The position numbers were made by a program, and so were the translations under genes. The notes under the pieces were generated by a model that saw only the letters and a program-made list of their open reading frames with translations, made no database searches and was not told where the DNA came from. Shown here one piece after another: positions 44,826 through 54,943 of a stretch of DNA of 64,000 nucleotides; positions within the stretch are counted from its first letter, which is position 1; the number at the start of each line of letters is the position of its first letter. The DNA is from a bacterium (GTDB lineage: Bacteria > Bacillota > Clostridia > Oscillospirales > CAG-272). The DNA lies in contig CAVGAA010000001.1 of the NCBI GenBank assembly GCA_963627065.1, positions 71,628 to 135,627 of the forward strand, read 5' to 3'.

Positions 44826-47591
44826 ATGTCTCTTATCACAAAAATTTTCGGAACTTACAGTCAGCATCAACTCAAAAAAATGAATGCGATTGCAAACCGT
44901 GTAGATGCACTGGCGGACACCTATGCAAAAATGACGAATGCGGAATTGCGTGCGACAACCGATAAACTCCGTGCAAGATACGAAGCAGGGGAAACACTCG
45001 ATGAATTACTCCCCGATGCCTTTGCGGCTGTCCGTGAGGCGGATGACCGTGTACTCGGAAAACGCCCGTTCCGTGTGCAGATCGTCGGCGGAATTGTCTT
45101 ACATCAAGGACGAATTGCAGAAATGAAAACCGGTGAAGGCAAAACGCTTGTCGCAACTCTGCCGGCATACCTCAATGCCCTGACCGGAAACGGCGTGCAT
45201 ATCGTAACGGTCAACGATTATCTCGCCCGTGTGGGTGCGGAGGAAATGGGACGTGTCTATGAGTTTATGGGACTCACGACCGGTCTTGTCGTTCACGGTC
45301 AGTCGAACGAAGAAAAGCACAATGCATACAATGCCGACATTACTTATGGAACGAACAACGAATTCGGTTTTGACTATCTGCGTGACAATATGGTCGTTTA
45401 CAAAGAGCAAATGGTACAGAGAGGTCACGCATTTGCAATCGTGGACGAGGTTGACTCCATTCTCATCGATGAGGCGAGAACTCCGCTCATTATTTCTGGA
45501 GCGGGCGAGCAGGTCAGCGACCTTTACGAAAGAGCCGATCGTTTGGTCCGTTCCATGAAAAAATTCGTCATTAAGGAACTTGACGACAAAGAAACGCACG
45601 ATGACATCGATGCGGACTATATCGTCGATGAAAAAGCAAACAATGCGGTTTTGACCGCAAAAGGTTCGAGAAAAGCCGAAGAATTTTTCGGTATCAACTG
45701 CCTCTCGGACGAAGAAAATATTATGATTGCCCACCACGTCAACCAAGCCATTCGGGCTTACGGTTGTATGCACCGTGACGTCGATTACGTTGTCAACGAA
45801 AACGGCGTCATCATTGTCGACAGTTTTACGGGACGGCTTATGCCGGGCAGACGTTATTCGGACGGTCTGCATCAGGCAATCGAGGCAAAAGAGGGCGTCC
45901 AGATTCAGAAAGAGAACAAAACGCTCGCAACCATTACTTTCCAGAATTATTTCCGTATGTACGGTAAACTTTCCGGTATGACCGGTACGGCACTTACGGA
46001 AGAGGACGAATTCAGAGAAATTTACAATCTTGACGTCATTGAAATTCCGACCAACAAACCGATGATCCGTATCGATCACCCCGATTCGGTCTACCGCAGT
46101 ATGTCGGGAAAATATCACGCCATTGTCGAGCAGGTCAAAGAGTGCCATGCCAAAGGGCAGCCGGTACTTGTCGGTACGATTTCAATCGATAAATCCGAAG
46201 AACTTTCCAAAATGCTCCGCAACGCAGGCATTCCGCATACCGTTCTGAACGCAAAATATCACGATAAAGAAGCCGGAATCGTCGCTCAGGCAGGTAAATT
46301 CGGTGCGGTTACCATTTCCACCAATATGGCAGGGCGTGGTACGGATATTCTGCTCGGCGGTAACCCCGAATTTATGGCAAAAGAAGAAATGCGTGCCAAA
46401 GGAATTCCCGAGGAGTATATCGCCCGTTGTACCGGTATGACCGATACCGATGATGAAGAACTCATTTCTGCCCGCAAACTTTTTCGTGAATTGGTCGATA
46501 AACACAAAACGGAAATTGAACCCGAAGCCGAAAAAGTGCGTGCGGTCGGCGGACTCTTTATTTTGGGTACGGAACGGCACGAAAGCCGACGGATCGACAA
46601 CCAGTTGAGAGGGCGTTCCGGTCGTCAGGGCGATCCCGGAGAATCGAAATTTTACCTTTCTATGGAAGACGACCTCATGCGTCTGTTCGGAACGGAACGT
46701 TTTCAGGGCATTGTCGATGCACTCAAAATGCCGGAAGATATGCCGATCGATGCTAAAATTCTTTCCAACGCAATCGAACGGGCTCAAAAACGAATCGAAG
46801 GTGCAAATTTCAAACGCAGAAAGTACGTTCTGTCCTATGACGATGTCATGAACCAACAGCGGACAATCATTTACAATCAACGCAGAGAAGTACTTGACGG
46901 TGAAAATATCTCGCCCACAATTCAGCGTATGATTACCGAAACGGTGTCCGAAATGGTGACCTTCTTTACGGGCGGAGATGCCCCTGTCCACGATTGGAAT
47001 TTTGACGGTCTGCGGAATCATTTTGCAGGTTATCTGACAAGCGAGGACGATTTCCGTTACAGCGATGACGAAATGAAAAAATTGACCAAGGAAGAATTGA
47101 CCGAATCGCTTACCAACCGTGCCTTGAATCGCTATGAAGAGAAAGAAAAACTCTTCGGAGCGGATGTCTTCCGTGAAGTGGAACGTGCCGTTCTGCTCCG
47201 TTGCGTCGACTCGGCATGGATGGAACACATTGATACAATGGAAGACCTCAAAAATAACGTCGGACTGCAAGCCTACGCCCAGAGAGATCCCGTCACCGAA
47301 TATCGGATTCAGGGAGCGGAACTTTTTGACGGTATGGTCAACGACATTCGCCAAAACACCGTTCGTATGATTTTGTCGGTCGTGCCGAGACAACAGGAAA
47401 ACATCCGCCGTGTGCAGATTGCAAAGCCGACATCCGAAGGCTTCGATAACGGAGAGAACAAACGTACGGTTGTTCGCAAAAAGGTACCTGCCGTCGCAAA
47501 AGAAACAGTCGGAAGGAACGATCCTTGCCCCTGCGGTAGCGGTAAAAAATACAAAAACTGTTGTATGAGAAAGAATTCTCAAAATCAATAA
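44826..47591 (+). CDS. secA: Preprotein translocase ATPase SecA
   Basis: MKTGEGKTLVATLPAYLNAL, DEVDSILIDEARTPLIISG and the C-terminal zinc motif CPCGSGKKYKNCC. Confidence 0.97.
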   Translation: MSLITKIFGTYSQHQLKKMNAIANRVDALADTYAKMTNAELRATTDKLRARYEAGETLDELLPDAFAAVREADDRVLGKRPFRVQIVGGIVLHQGRIAEMKTGEGKTLVATLPAYLNALTGNGVHIVTVNDYLARVGAEEMGRVYEFMGLTTGLVVHGQSNEEKHNAYNADITYGTNNEFGFDYLRDNMVVYKEQMVQRGHAFAIVDEVDSILIDEARTPLIISGAGEQVSDLYERADRLVRSMKKFVIKELDDKETHDDIDADYIVDEKANNAVLTAKGSRKAEEFFGINCLSDEENIMIAHHVNQAIRAYGCMHRDVDYVVNENGVIIVDSFTGRLMPGRRYSDGLHQAIEAKEGVQIQKENKTLATITFQNYFRMYGKLSGMTGTALTEEDEFREIYNLDVIEIPTNKPMIRIDHPDSVYRSMSGKYHAIVEQVKECHAKGQPVLVGTISIDKSEELSKMLRNAGIPHTVLNAKYHDKEAGIVAQAGKFGAVTISTNMAGRGTDILLGGNPEFMAKEEMRAKGIPEEYIARCTGMTDTDDEELISARKLFRELVDKHKTEIEPEAEKVRAVGGLFILGTERHESRRIDNQLRGRSGRQGDPGESKFYLSMEDDLMRLFGTERFQGIVDALKMPEDMPIDAKILSNAIERAQKRIEGANFKRRKYVLSYDDVMNQQRTIIYNQRREVLDGENISPTIQRMITETVSEMVTFFTGGDAPVHDWNFDGLRNHFAGYLTSEDDFRYSDDEMKKLTKEELTESLTNRALNRYEEKEKLFGADVFREVERAVLLRCVDSAWMEHIDTMEDLKNNVGLQAYAQRDPVTEYRIQGAELFDGMVNDIRQNTVRMILSVVPRQQENIRRVQIAKPTSEGFDNGENKRTVVRKKVPAVAKETVGRNDPCPCGSGKKYKNCCMRKNSQNQ

Positions 47592-47621
47592 AAATTGTAC
47601 GGTTTGAAAGGAGATTACACT

Positions 47622-48329
47622 ATGGGATTCGGTTGGTTACTGCTCGGATATGTAATTTCCTTTCTTTTGTCGTCCGTTGCGGGAAAACTCAATATCGCTT
47701 TCCTTGCCAACCTCATCGGTTATCTGTTGATGTTGAAAGGCTTGTCGGAACTGCGGAAATATCAAAAAGAATTTTCACTGTCTTTCATTTCTGTTTGTGC
47801 CTTGATTCCGTTTGCCGTTTGGAACGGACTTGACGAACTCGGCGATCTTCTTTTGTGGAATCTGCCGTTTTTAACCGATTTGTCTTTGTCGGTTGTCGCT
47901 TGGATTCGCTTTGCGGTCGTTCTGTTCTTCCAATTCACGCTTTACTTTGCAGTGGCAAAACTTGCAAAAACGGTCGACCTGCCCAATACTGTCCGACAAT
48001 CGGTCTTTAATACCGTGATAGCGGTCGGCTATTCGTCACTTTATGTTGCCATCAGTCTTCCCGCATTGGCATCGGTACAAAATCAATTCGGTTTGGCTCT
48101 GACAATTTTCCGACTCTTTTGGATCGTTTGCGACATTTGCCTCTTGATTTCCTGCTGTAAAAACATCTGTCCGGAAGGGGAGGAAGATCCCAAACCGAAA
48201 GAATATCGCCTGAAATTCCTCAACAAAATGAACGAATCGTTCGAGAATAATTTCAACCGTGCCGCTAATTCCACACGGAATGCCAAAGAAGAATCGCTCC
48301 GCCGAAAGCGTGAGAAAAAACGGAGGTAG
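47622..48329 (+). CDS. Hypothetical polytopic membrane protein with a basic C-terminal tail
   Basis: AAAGGAG SD lies upstream, about six hydrophobic segments are present, and the start is 31 nt after the secA stop. Confidence 0.6.
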   Translation: MGFGWLLLGYVISFLLSSVAGKLNIAFLANLIGYLLMLKGLSELRKYQKEFSLSFISVCALIPFAVWNGLDELGDLLLWNLPFLTDLSLSVVAWIRFAVVLFFQFTLYFAVAKLAKTVDLPNTVRQSVFNTVIAVGYSSLYVAISLPALASVQNQFGLALTIFRLFWIVCDICLLISCCKNICPEGEEDPKPKEYRLKFLNKMNESFENNFNRAANSTRNAKEESLRRKREKKRR

Positions 48330-48332
48330 GCG

Positions 48333-49688
48333 ATGTACAAGACCAAAAACTTCGGTTTTACCGCAATTCTTGTCGGCGTTTGCTTTCTCTGCGATCCGAT
48401 AATAGGACTACTCGATTTCCTGCCGGACCTTGTCGGTTGGATACTCATTTGCATCGGCATTTCGTCATTAGCCGACTTGAATGACGATCTCATGACCGCA
48501 GGAACCTGCTTTTGCAAAATGCTCTTGGTAGGTATCGGTCGCATTTTAGCCGAACTGCTCGTGTCTGTTTTTCTGAATCGAATGTCCGAGTCGCTCAATC
48601 CGTATGAAACCGCCGTTTGGACGTTGCTTTTGTCCTTCGCACTTGCGGTTATCGAAATCTGCCTGCTCCTGCCGGCGTTTCGCTCGTTTTGGCATGGGAT
48701 TGCAACGCTTTCCGAATGTAGTGGCAACCCAAATGCTTTAACTTTACCTGACCGCAAAGGCAGGACTTTGTGTGAAAAAATGCAAGCCGTCACGACTGCG
48801 TTTGTTATTTTCCGTGCGGTTCTGTCGGTTCTACCGGAAACCGTCACACTGACCGTTTTCGCCGGCGAAAATACCTATAATACTTCGCTTTATCAATTTC
48901 GTGGACTCTTCCGCACCGCATCGGCGATTCTTGTCGGAATTGCAGGGCTTCTGTTCCTCATCGCATGGATTCGTTTCTACATTGCGGTAAAAAAAGAAAC
49001 CGCATGGCTTTTCGGATTGCGTGAGAAATACGAAAGGGAAGTCCTTCCGAAAACCGAAATGCTCCGAAATCGCAAAATCGACTCCGCATTTTCCTTTTTC
49101 CGCATCGGCATTTTGCTCAGTACCAATCTGTCACTCCTCTATTACGAGATTCTGCCCGATTGGCTTGCTGTTTCGATACTCCTTGTCGGTTGTTTCCTGC
49201 TCGGAAATCTCATGCAGAACCGCCCTCCGCTCACAGCGGTCGGTGCGGTGACGGTTATGGTCGGCATTGTGAGAACTGTTTTTCAAGTCCGTTATCTCAA
49301 AAATTACATTCCGAAAGATGCACTCCATTTGCCCGAGGCGTACGAATCCTATTTTCCGGTCTGCGTATCGGCAACCGCCGAGGCAATTTTAACCGCACTT
49401 TTCATAATCGTTTTAACGATTTGCATTTTGAAAATCGCTATGAATCTTCTCCCTGCCGATGACGGCATCGGGAAAACCGTCGAACGCCGTGACCGCCGTT
49501 TCGGCAACTGCCGTGCAATTCTCGTGTCGGTCTTTGCGTGCCTCTCTGCAGTGGCAAAGATTGCCGAAACATTTTTGCAGGCAAAATACGGTTGGATTTG
49601 GTTGGTTCAGACCGCATTGTCGATCATCACATTTGCAATTTTTTCAGGCTTGCTCGGCAATATACAAGACAAGGTTGAAAGGAGATAA
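48333..49688 (+). CDS. Hypothetical polytopic membrane protein (451 aa)
   Basis: GGAGG SD lies upstream, about 10 hydrophobic segments are present, and the start is 4 nt after the previous stop. Confidence 0.6.
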   Translation: MYKTKNFGFTAILVGVCFLCDPIIGLLDFLPDLVGWILICIGISSLADLNDDLMTAGTCFCKMLLVGIGRILAELLVSVFLNRMSESLNPYETAVWTLLLSFALAVIEICLLLPAFRSFWHGIATLSECSGNPNALTLPDRKGRTLCEKMQAVTTAFVIFRAVLSVLPETVTLTVFAGENTYNTSLYQFRGLFRTASAILVGIAGLLFLIAWIRFYIAVKKETAWLFGLREKYEREVLPKTEMLRNRKIDSAFSFFRIGILLSTNLSLLYYEILPDWLAVSILLVGCFLLGNLMQNRPPLTAVGAVTVMVGIVRTVFQVRYLKNYIPKDALHLPEAYESYFPVCVSATAEAILTALFIIVLTICILKIAMNLLPADDGIGKTVERRDRRFGNCRAILVSVFACLSAVAKIAETFLQAKYGWIWLVQTALSIITFAIFSGLLGNIQDKVERR

Positions 49689-49692
49689 AACC

Positions 49693-51927
49693 GTGTTCGC
49701 AATCGATAAAATGCCACAAAACCTGTTGGATTTGCTCCCGACCTACCACATCGATGCGGATGCACCGGAACTTTCCTGCTTTGTTGACCGCAACCGTGAG
49801 GGGAAACCTGCAAAAATTTGGCTTTTGGCAGATAAAAACTACTTTTATATGCTCACGGAAAAAGCCGAAGCTTTCGATGTAGAGCAGTACGCTCTCTCGG
49901 ATCTTTCGAATTTTCAAGTCGAAGAACGCCTTTCAACGGCAACCCTTATCGGTGACCGAAAGGGTGAAACAATCCTTTTCGCAACCTTTACCAATACCTG
50001 CCTCGTGTCGGTGCGGATGTTCGTCCGCTATTTTGCCAAACTTCTTGACGGCGAAAAAATCGAAATTGACGAAGAAGACCTGCCCGACGAACGCTTTTGC
50101 CCGATTTGCGGAATGCGTTACCCCGATCCGAACCGCAAACTATGTCCGCATTGCGTGGACAAAGGGCAACTTTTCCGCAGAACGTGGAATTTTTTCTTAC
50201 CTTATAAAAAGAGTTTAATGGTGCTTTTGGCATCGCTCATTCTCTTAACCGCCACAAGCATTTTAGCTCCGTATCTGTCAAGCGGATTTTTCTTTGACGA
50301 GGTTATCGATACGGACGGCAAATTTGCCGGTGCATTGCTCCTCGTGCTGTTTCTCATTGCGGGAACAAAACTCATCCGAGCTTTTGCAAGTATGCTCAAC
50401 AACTGGCTCTCGTCAAATGTTGCCGCACAAATGACATATAGCCTCAAAAAAACGATTTTCAACGCCATTGAACGTCTCTCGCTCAGCTTCTTTACCGGTC
50501 GGCAGACGGGGGGACTCATGACGCAGGTCAATGAGGATGCCAACACCATATACGAATTTTTCTGCGACGGCATTCCGTATCTCATTGTCAATGTTGTGCA
50601 GGTTATCGTGTTGGTTGTCCTGCTCCTGACCATTCAACCGATTCTCGCATTTTTCGCACTACTGCCCGTACCGCTTTTCTTTCTCATTATACGAGCTATG
50701 TTCAAAAGCGAGCGGAAACTGCACGCCAAACGCTTTTCCAACTCCTCAAAAATGAGCGGTTTTCTCGCCGATGTTCTGTCCGGCATGCGTGTCGTCAAGG
50801 CATTTTCGCAGGAAAAAGAAGAAATACGTCGCTTTTCCGGCTATAACCGCAATCTGGCGGACAGCGGACGAAAATTGCAGATTTATCACAATCTTGTCGG
50901 CGGTATAGCGGGGGCATTGCTTTTTCTCGGCAATATTATCGCATGGGGTGTCGGCGGTTGGATGGTCATGAACGATTTCGGCGGTATGACTTACGGCAGA
51001 CTCCTCACTGTCATTTCCTATATGAATATGATTTATTCTCCGCTGTTTTTCTTCTCGGGACTGACACAGCGGTTTGCCGATTGCACCAACGCCCTCAACC
51101 GTCTTTATGAAATTATGGATGCCGAACCGGATGTCCGTGAAAGTCCGGATGCATTAACTCCCGAAAATCTCGGTAGCGAGGTCGTTTTTGATCATGTTTC
51201 GTTCTCCTATAACAAGGGCAGACGGGTGATAGACGATGTCAGTTTCCGTGTTCCGTCCGGTGGCGTGCTCGGAATTGTCGGACACACGGGGGCGGGAAAA
51301 AGCACCCTTGCAAACCTTTTGATGCGACTGTACGATGCGGAAGAAGGGGAGATCCGAATCGGCGGAATTCCGGTCAAAAATTTATCTTTCCGCTCGATTT
51401 ATAAAAATGTCGCAATCGTTTCGCAAGAAACCTATCTCTTTATGGGAACGATACTCGACAACATTCGTTACGCCAATCCGAATGCCACTTATGACGAAGT
51501 GATCGAGGCTTCCCGCACGGCAGGGGCTCACGATTTTATTGTCACTTTACCTGACGGCTACCATACGAGAGTCGGTTTCGGCTTTACCGAACTTTCGGGT
51601 GGCGAAAAACAGCGGATTTCCATCGCGAGAGCGATTCTGAAAAATCCGAAAATTTTGATTCTTGATGAGGCAACCGCCGCAATGGACACGGCAACCGAAC
51701 GCAGAATTCAAAACGCACTTTCGAAATTGATTGTCGGCAAAACCACCATTATGATAGCCCACAGACTTTCCACTTTGCGTGATGCCGACAGTCTGATTGT
51801 CATCGAACACGGAAAAGTCGTCGAAAGCGGAACACACAAAGAACTGCTTGCAAAAGAAGACGGTGTTTACAACAGACTTTACACCTTGCAATTGGAGGCA
51901 CTTCGCAGTGCCGGAATTGCGGAATAG
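49693..51927 (+). CDS. ABC exporter (permease/ATPase) with an N-terminal cytoplasmic extension of about 200 aa that includes a zinc ribbon
   Basis: GTG at 49693 follows AAAGGAG (ATG alternative at 49711). Motifs: CPICGMRYPDPNRKLCPHC, Walker A GHTGAGKST, LSGGEKQR and ILILDEATAAMD. The track start at 49459 would overlap the previous gene. Confidence 0.85.
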   Translation: MFAIDKMPQNLLDLLPTYHIDADAPELSCFVDRNREGKPAKIWLLADKNYFYMLTEKAEAFDVEQYALSDLSNFQVEERLSTATLIGDRKGETILFATFTNTCLVSVRMFVRYFAKLLDGEKIEIDEEDLPDERFCPICGMRYPDPNRKLCPHCVDKGQLFRRTWNFFLPYKKSLMVLLASLILLTATSILAPYLSSGFFFDEVIDTDGKFAGALLLVLFLIAGTKLIRAFASMLNNWLSSNVAAQMTYSLKKTIFNAIERLSLSFFTGRQTGGLMTQVNEDANTIYEFFCDGIPYLIVNVVQVIVLVVLLLTIQPILAFFALLPVPLFFLIIRAMFKSERKLHAKRFSNSSKMSGFLADVLSGMRVVKAFSQEKEEIRRFSGYNRNLADSGRKLQIYHNLVGGIAGALLFLGNIIAWGVGGWMVMNDFGGMTYGRLLTVISYMNMIYSPLFFFSGLTQRFADCTNALNRLYEIMDAEPDVRESPDALTPENLGSEVVFDHVSFSYNKGRRVIDDVSFRVPSGGVLGIVGHTGAGKSTLANLLMRLYDAEEGEIRIGGIPVKNLSFRSIYKNVAIVSQETYLFMGTILDNIRYANPNATYDEVIEASRTAGAHDFIVTLPDGYHTRVGFGFTELSGGEKQRISIARAILKNPKILILDEATAAMDTATERRIQNALSKLIVGKTTIMIAHRLSTLRDADSLIVIEHGKVVESGTHKELLAKEDGVYNRLYTLQLEALRSAGIAE

Positions 51928-51939
51928 GAGGACAACGAT

Positions 51940-52551
51940 ATGATGGGACACGGACCTGCGGGAATGCCACCACCGCCCTCGGGCGGAGGAGGTCGGGGAG
52001 GCTTCGGCGGAGGCGAAAGACGCCACCGCTCGCATGACGATAACCGCCCGAAAACATTGGCGGAAATTTCCGTCACGGTGTGGCTGACACCCGAAAATGC
52101 CAAATTCAGCAAAAAAAACGGACTGCTGTATCTCACTTTGGATGGCAAAGAAATGCGTGTCATTTTGGCACGGGAATTTCCGTACGAACTCCAATGGGAC
52201 TATATATCGGTCCTTGACGATGAGCGGAGCGAGGTCGGAATCATTCGTTCCACATCGCTTTTTACGGGTGACGAGCGACAACTCATCGAGGACGAACTCC
52301 GCCTGCGTTACTACGCACCGAAAATTACTAAAATTACAAAAGTGCGTGAAAAATACGGCTTTTCCTATTGGACGGTCTTCACATCGGATGCCGGAAAAAT
52401 AACCTTTACGGTGCAGGATGCATACCGCAGTATTTTCCACATCGGCGAAAATGCGGTCACAATCTGCGATGTCGACGGCAATCGCTACGAAATTCCGAAT
52501 GTCGAGGACCTCGACAAGTCAAGCAGAAAACTGCTCGATTTGTACATTTGA
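51940..52551 (+). CDS. DUF1854-family protein with a Gly/Pro-rich N-terminus
   Basis: VILAREFPYEL...ISVLDDERSEVGII...LRYYAPKITKITKV...DVDGNRYEIPNVEDLDKSSRKLLDLYI matches the recalled DUF1854 pattern. The gene sits between two ABC genes. Confidence 0.7.
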   Translation: MMGHGPAGMPPPPSGGGGRGGFGGGERRHRSHDDNRPKTLAEISVTVWLTPENAKFSKKNGLLYLTLDGKEMRVILAREFPYELQWDYISVLDDERSEVGIIRSTSLFTGDERQLIEDELRLRYYAPKITKITKVREKYGFSYWTVFTSDAGKITFTVQDAYRSIFHIGENAVTICDVDGNRYEIPNVEDLDKSSRKLLDLYI

Positions 52552-52560
52552 GGTGACGGA

Positions 52561-54795
52561 ATGCGACTTCTGCGCAAAAAAAAGAAAGAACCGTCGGCGT
52601 ACGATCGCTTGACGGCTCTCGATGCAAGTTACAAAAAGACAAAGCCGTCGGCGGTTCTGCTCACAAATCTGTCCCCCGATATTCCGCAAAAAACGGACGA
52701 AATTTTCCTCATTTTGACCGAAGAAAACCTCGTTATCCGTGAGAAAAACGGAAAAACACGGGAACTGCCACTGTCGGAACTCGAAAATATTCGCTCGTCC
52801 GGCGGTGTCGGCAGTGTCGAAATCGTTGTCGGCAAAAAAGACGGTAGTGAATGCCTTTTGGCACGTGCGACGGCAAAATTCTCCAAAGAATCCGCCGATT
52901 TTATCAAAGCGGTCAACCGCTCTCTGCGGAGAAAATCCGGCATTCTGTCGGATCGGCAGGGGAATGTCCCCACGCAAAATATACCGAAAGTCTCGGTTAA
53001 ATCCTCATTTTTACGGCTTTTGAAGTTGGCAAAGCCGGAGTTCTTTTTTATCGCATTCACCGTTTTGCTTTTTGTGGTATCGACCGGTGCCAATTTGATT
53101 ATACCGATCATCAATCGCCATATGGTTGACGATTATATCGAAAATCCGGAGGGAGCCACTTTTCTGATAGGCTTTATCGGCGTTGTTCTGACACTTTTGG
53201 CTGTTAATCTTGCAGGCAGAATTTTCCGCATCTTCCGCACATGGTTTCTCACACTTGCGGGAAATCGCCTGATTGTACGACTGCGTGATATGGTTTTTCG
53301 CCGCATTCAGGAACTTTCTATCGGAAGCGTTTACCGCATGACATCCGGCGAGTTGATGAAACGGGTGAACGGTGATACGACACGTATCAAAAATTTCATC
53401 ATTGATGTTTTGCCGTCCATACTCGAACAGGGACTTCTGCTCATCGCAGTGTCTGCCTATCTCGTGTCGGTTGACTGGCGTGTCGCCCTCATGGTTTTGT
53501 TGCCTGCACCGATACTTACTTTGGCAATGCGTATCGTCTGGCGGTATTTTCAGCAATTGGCAAGAAGAACGAGAGATCTCAACGCACGGGGCAATGCCGT
53601 ACTGCATGATGTTTTTTCCGGAATTCGTGTCGTCAAAGCCTATGGAATGGAGAAGCGGGAGGAAAATCGGTTTGTCTCCATGGCGGAAGACGAAAGGGAT
53701 GCCCAAATCAAGCAGGAAAAAGTCTGGGCGATTCTTATGCCGATTCTGAATTTCCTCATGGGCATCGGCGAGTATGTACTTTTGTATTTTGTCGGACGGC
53801 AGATGCTTGCCGGAACGATGTCGGCAGGCGAAATGTCACAGCTTTCCAGTTATGCAAGTATGATTTACACTCCGCTTGCGATACTGGTCAAAATTCCGAG
53901 GCAAGTGGCACTCGTGTCCGTATCGCTTACAAATGTTTTCGGACTGCTCGATGCACCTATCGAAATTGCGGACAGTGCCACACCGAAATTGCCCGAACAT
54001 TTGAACGGCGATGTCGAAATCGATCATGTATCGTTCGGCTACGGTAACGGAGACGAAATTCTTCACAACATCAATCTGCATATCAAATCGGGAGAATTTA
54101 TCGGGCTTGTCGGTCGATCCGGCGTCGGAAAATCGACCTTGATCAATCTGCTTATGCGTATGTATGATGTGGACGACGGAGCAATCCGTCTGGACGGTGT
54201 CGACATCCGTGACATTCCGCAGGAGGAACTCCGGCGACATATAGGCGTTGTCTTGCAGGAAAACTTTCTCTTTGCCGGCAGTGTCTGGCAGAATCTTACT
54301 TACGCCAAGCCGAACGCCACACGGGATGAAGTCATCCGTGCCGCAAAATTTTCCGGTGCACACTCTTTTATCGTCAATTTACCGGACGGCTACAATACCT
54401 ATATCGGTGAGCGTGGCTATACTTTGTCCGGCGGTGAACGCCAGCGTTTGGCAATTGCCCGTGCATTGCTCCACGATCCGAAACTGCTTATTCTCGATGA
54501 AGCCACATCGGCACTCGACACCGAAACCGAAAAACTCATTCAGGATGCTTTGTCGATCCTCACGAAAGGCAGAACGACCGTCGCAATCGCACACAGGCTT
54601 TCCACTCTGCGTGGGGCTACAAGGTTGGTTGTTCTTGACGAAGGACAAGTTGCCGAAACCGGAACGCACGATGAACTCATGGAAAAGCACGGAATTTATT
54701 ACGGACTTGTTATGGCACAGCGGGAGATGTCTAAAATGACGAACGATCAAGAGGGGCTAAATATCGAAATGATGCCCGAAAATGAAAAATTTTGA
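52561..54795 (+). CDS. ABC exporter (permease/ATPase) with an N-terminal extension of about 160 aa paralogous to that of the 49693 gene
   Basis: GAGGTGA SD, Walker A GRSGVGKST, LSGGERQR and LLILDEATSALD. Confidence 0.85.
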   Translation: MRLLRKKKKEPSAYDRLTALDASYKKTKPSAVLLTNLSPDIPQKTDEIFLILTEENLVIREKNGKTRELPLSELENIRSSGGVGSVEIVVGKKDGSECLLARATAKFSKESADFIKAVNRSLRRKSGILSDRQGNVPTQNIPKVSVKSSFLRLLKLAKPEFFFIAFTVLLFVVSTGANLIIPIINRHMVDDYIENPEGATFLIGFIGVVLTLLAVNLAGRIFRIFRTWFLTLAGNRLIVRLRDMVFRRIQELSIGSVYRMTSGELMKRVNGDTTRIKNFIIDVLPSILEQGLLLIAVSAYLVSVDWRVALMVLLPAPILTLAMRIVWRYFQQLARRTRDLNARGNAVLHDVFSGIRVVKAYGMEKREENRFVSMAEDERDAQIKQEKVWAILMPILNFLMGIGEYVLLYFVGRQMLAGTMSAGEMSQLSSYASMIYTPLAILVKIPRQVALVSVSLTNVFGLLDAPIEIADSATPKLPEHLNGDVEIDHVSFGYGNGDEILHNINLHIKSGEFIGLVGRSGVGKSTLINLLMRMYDVDDGAIRLDGVDIRDIPQEELRRHIGVVLQENFLFAGSVWQNLTYAKPNATRDEVIRAAKFSGAHSFIVNLPDGYNTYIGERGYTLSGGERQRLAIARALLHDPKLLILDEATSALDTETEKLIQDALSILTKGRTTVAIAHRLSTLRGATRLVVLDEGQVAETGTHDELMEKHGIYYGLVMAQREMSKMTNDQEGLNIEMMPENEKF

Positions 54796-54813
54796 CCGTT
54801 TCTGCACATTTTA

Positions 54814-54849
54814 TGCGTATTTATCATACACTTTCTGCGTATTTATCAT
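54814..54849 (+). repeat. Tandem direct repeat TGCGTATTTATCAT x2 with a 22-bp period
   Basis: Copies at 54814-54827 and 54836-54849. The proximal copy ends 34 bp upstream of the -35 box at 54883. Confidence 0.9.
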
Positions 54850-54882
54850 GAAAAAATGACAAAAATTAGGGCAATTTTTCTA

Positions 54883-54911
54883 TTGACATTTTTTCAAATT
54901 TATGATATAAT
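54883..54911 (+). promoter_or_regulatory. Sigma-A-type promoter of the GH78-like gene
   Basis: TTGACA (54883-54888), a 17-nt spacer, then TATAAT (54906-54911). Confidence 0.65.
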
Positions 54912-54943
54912 ATGCCCATAGTCTACCCGTGGAGGTAATTGGT

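Noticed and set aside
45099-47588. Antisense ORFs within secA (45099..46148, 349 aa; 46182..47588, 468 aa). Similar cases lie opposite dusB (14301..15359), cysK (57210..58115) and lon (9845..10759).
   Set aside because: The reasoning is the same. These are mirror-frame artefacts of long genes with biased codon use, and none shows a recognisable motif.
49459-49692. Upstream extension of the ABC gene, giving the 822-aa track ORF
   Set aside because: It would overlap the preceding membrane-protein gene by 230 nt in another frame. A GTG at 49693 preceded by AAAGGAG lies just after that gene's stop.
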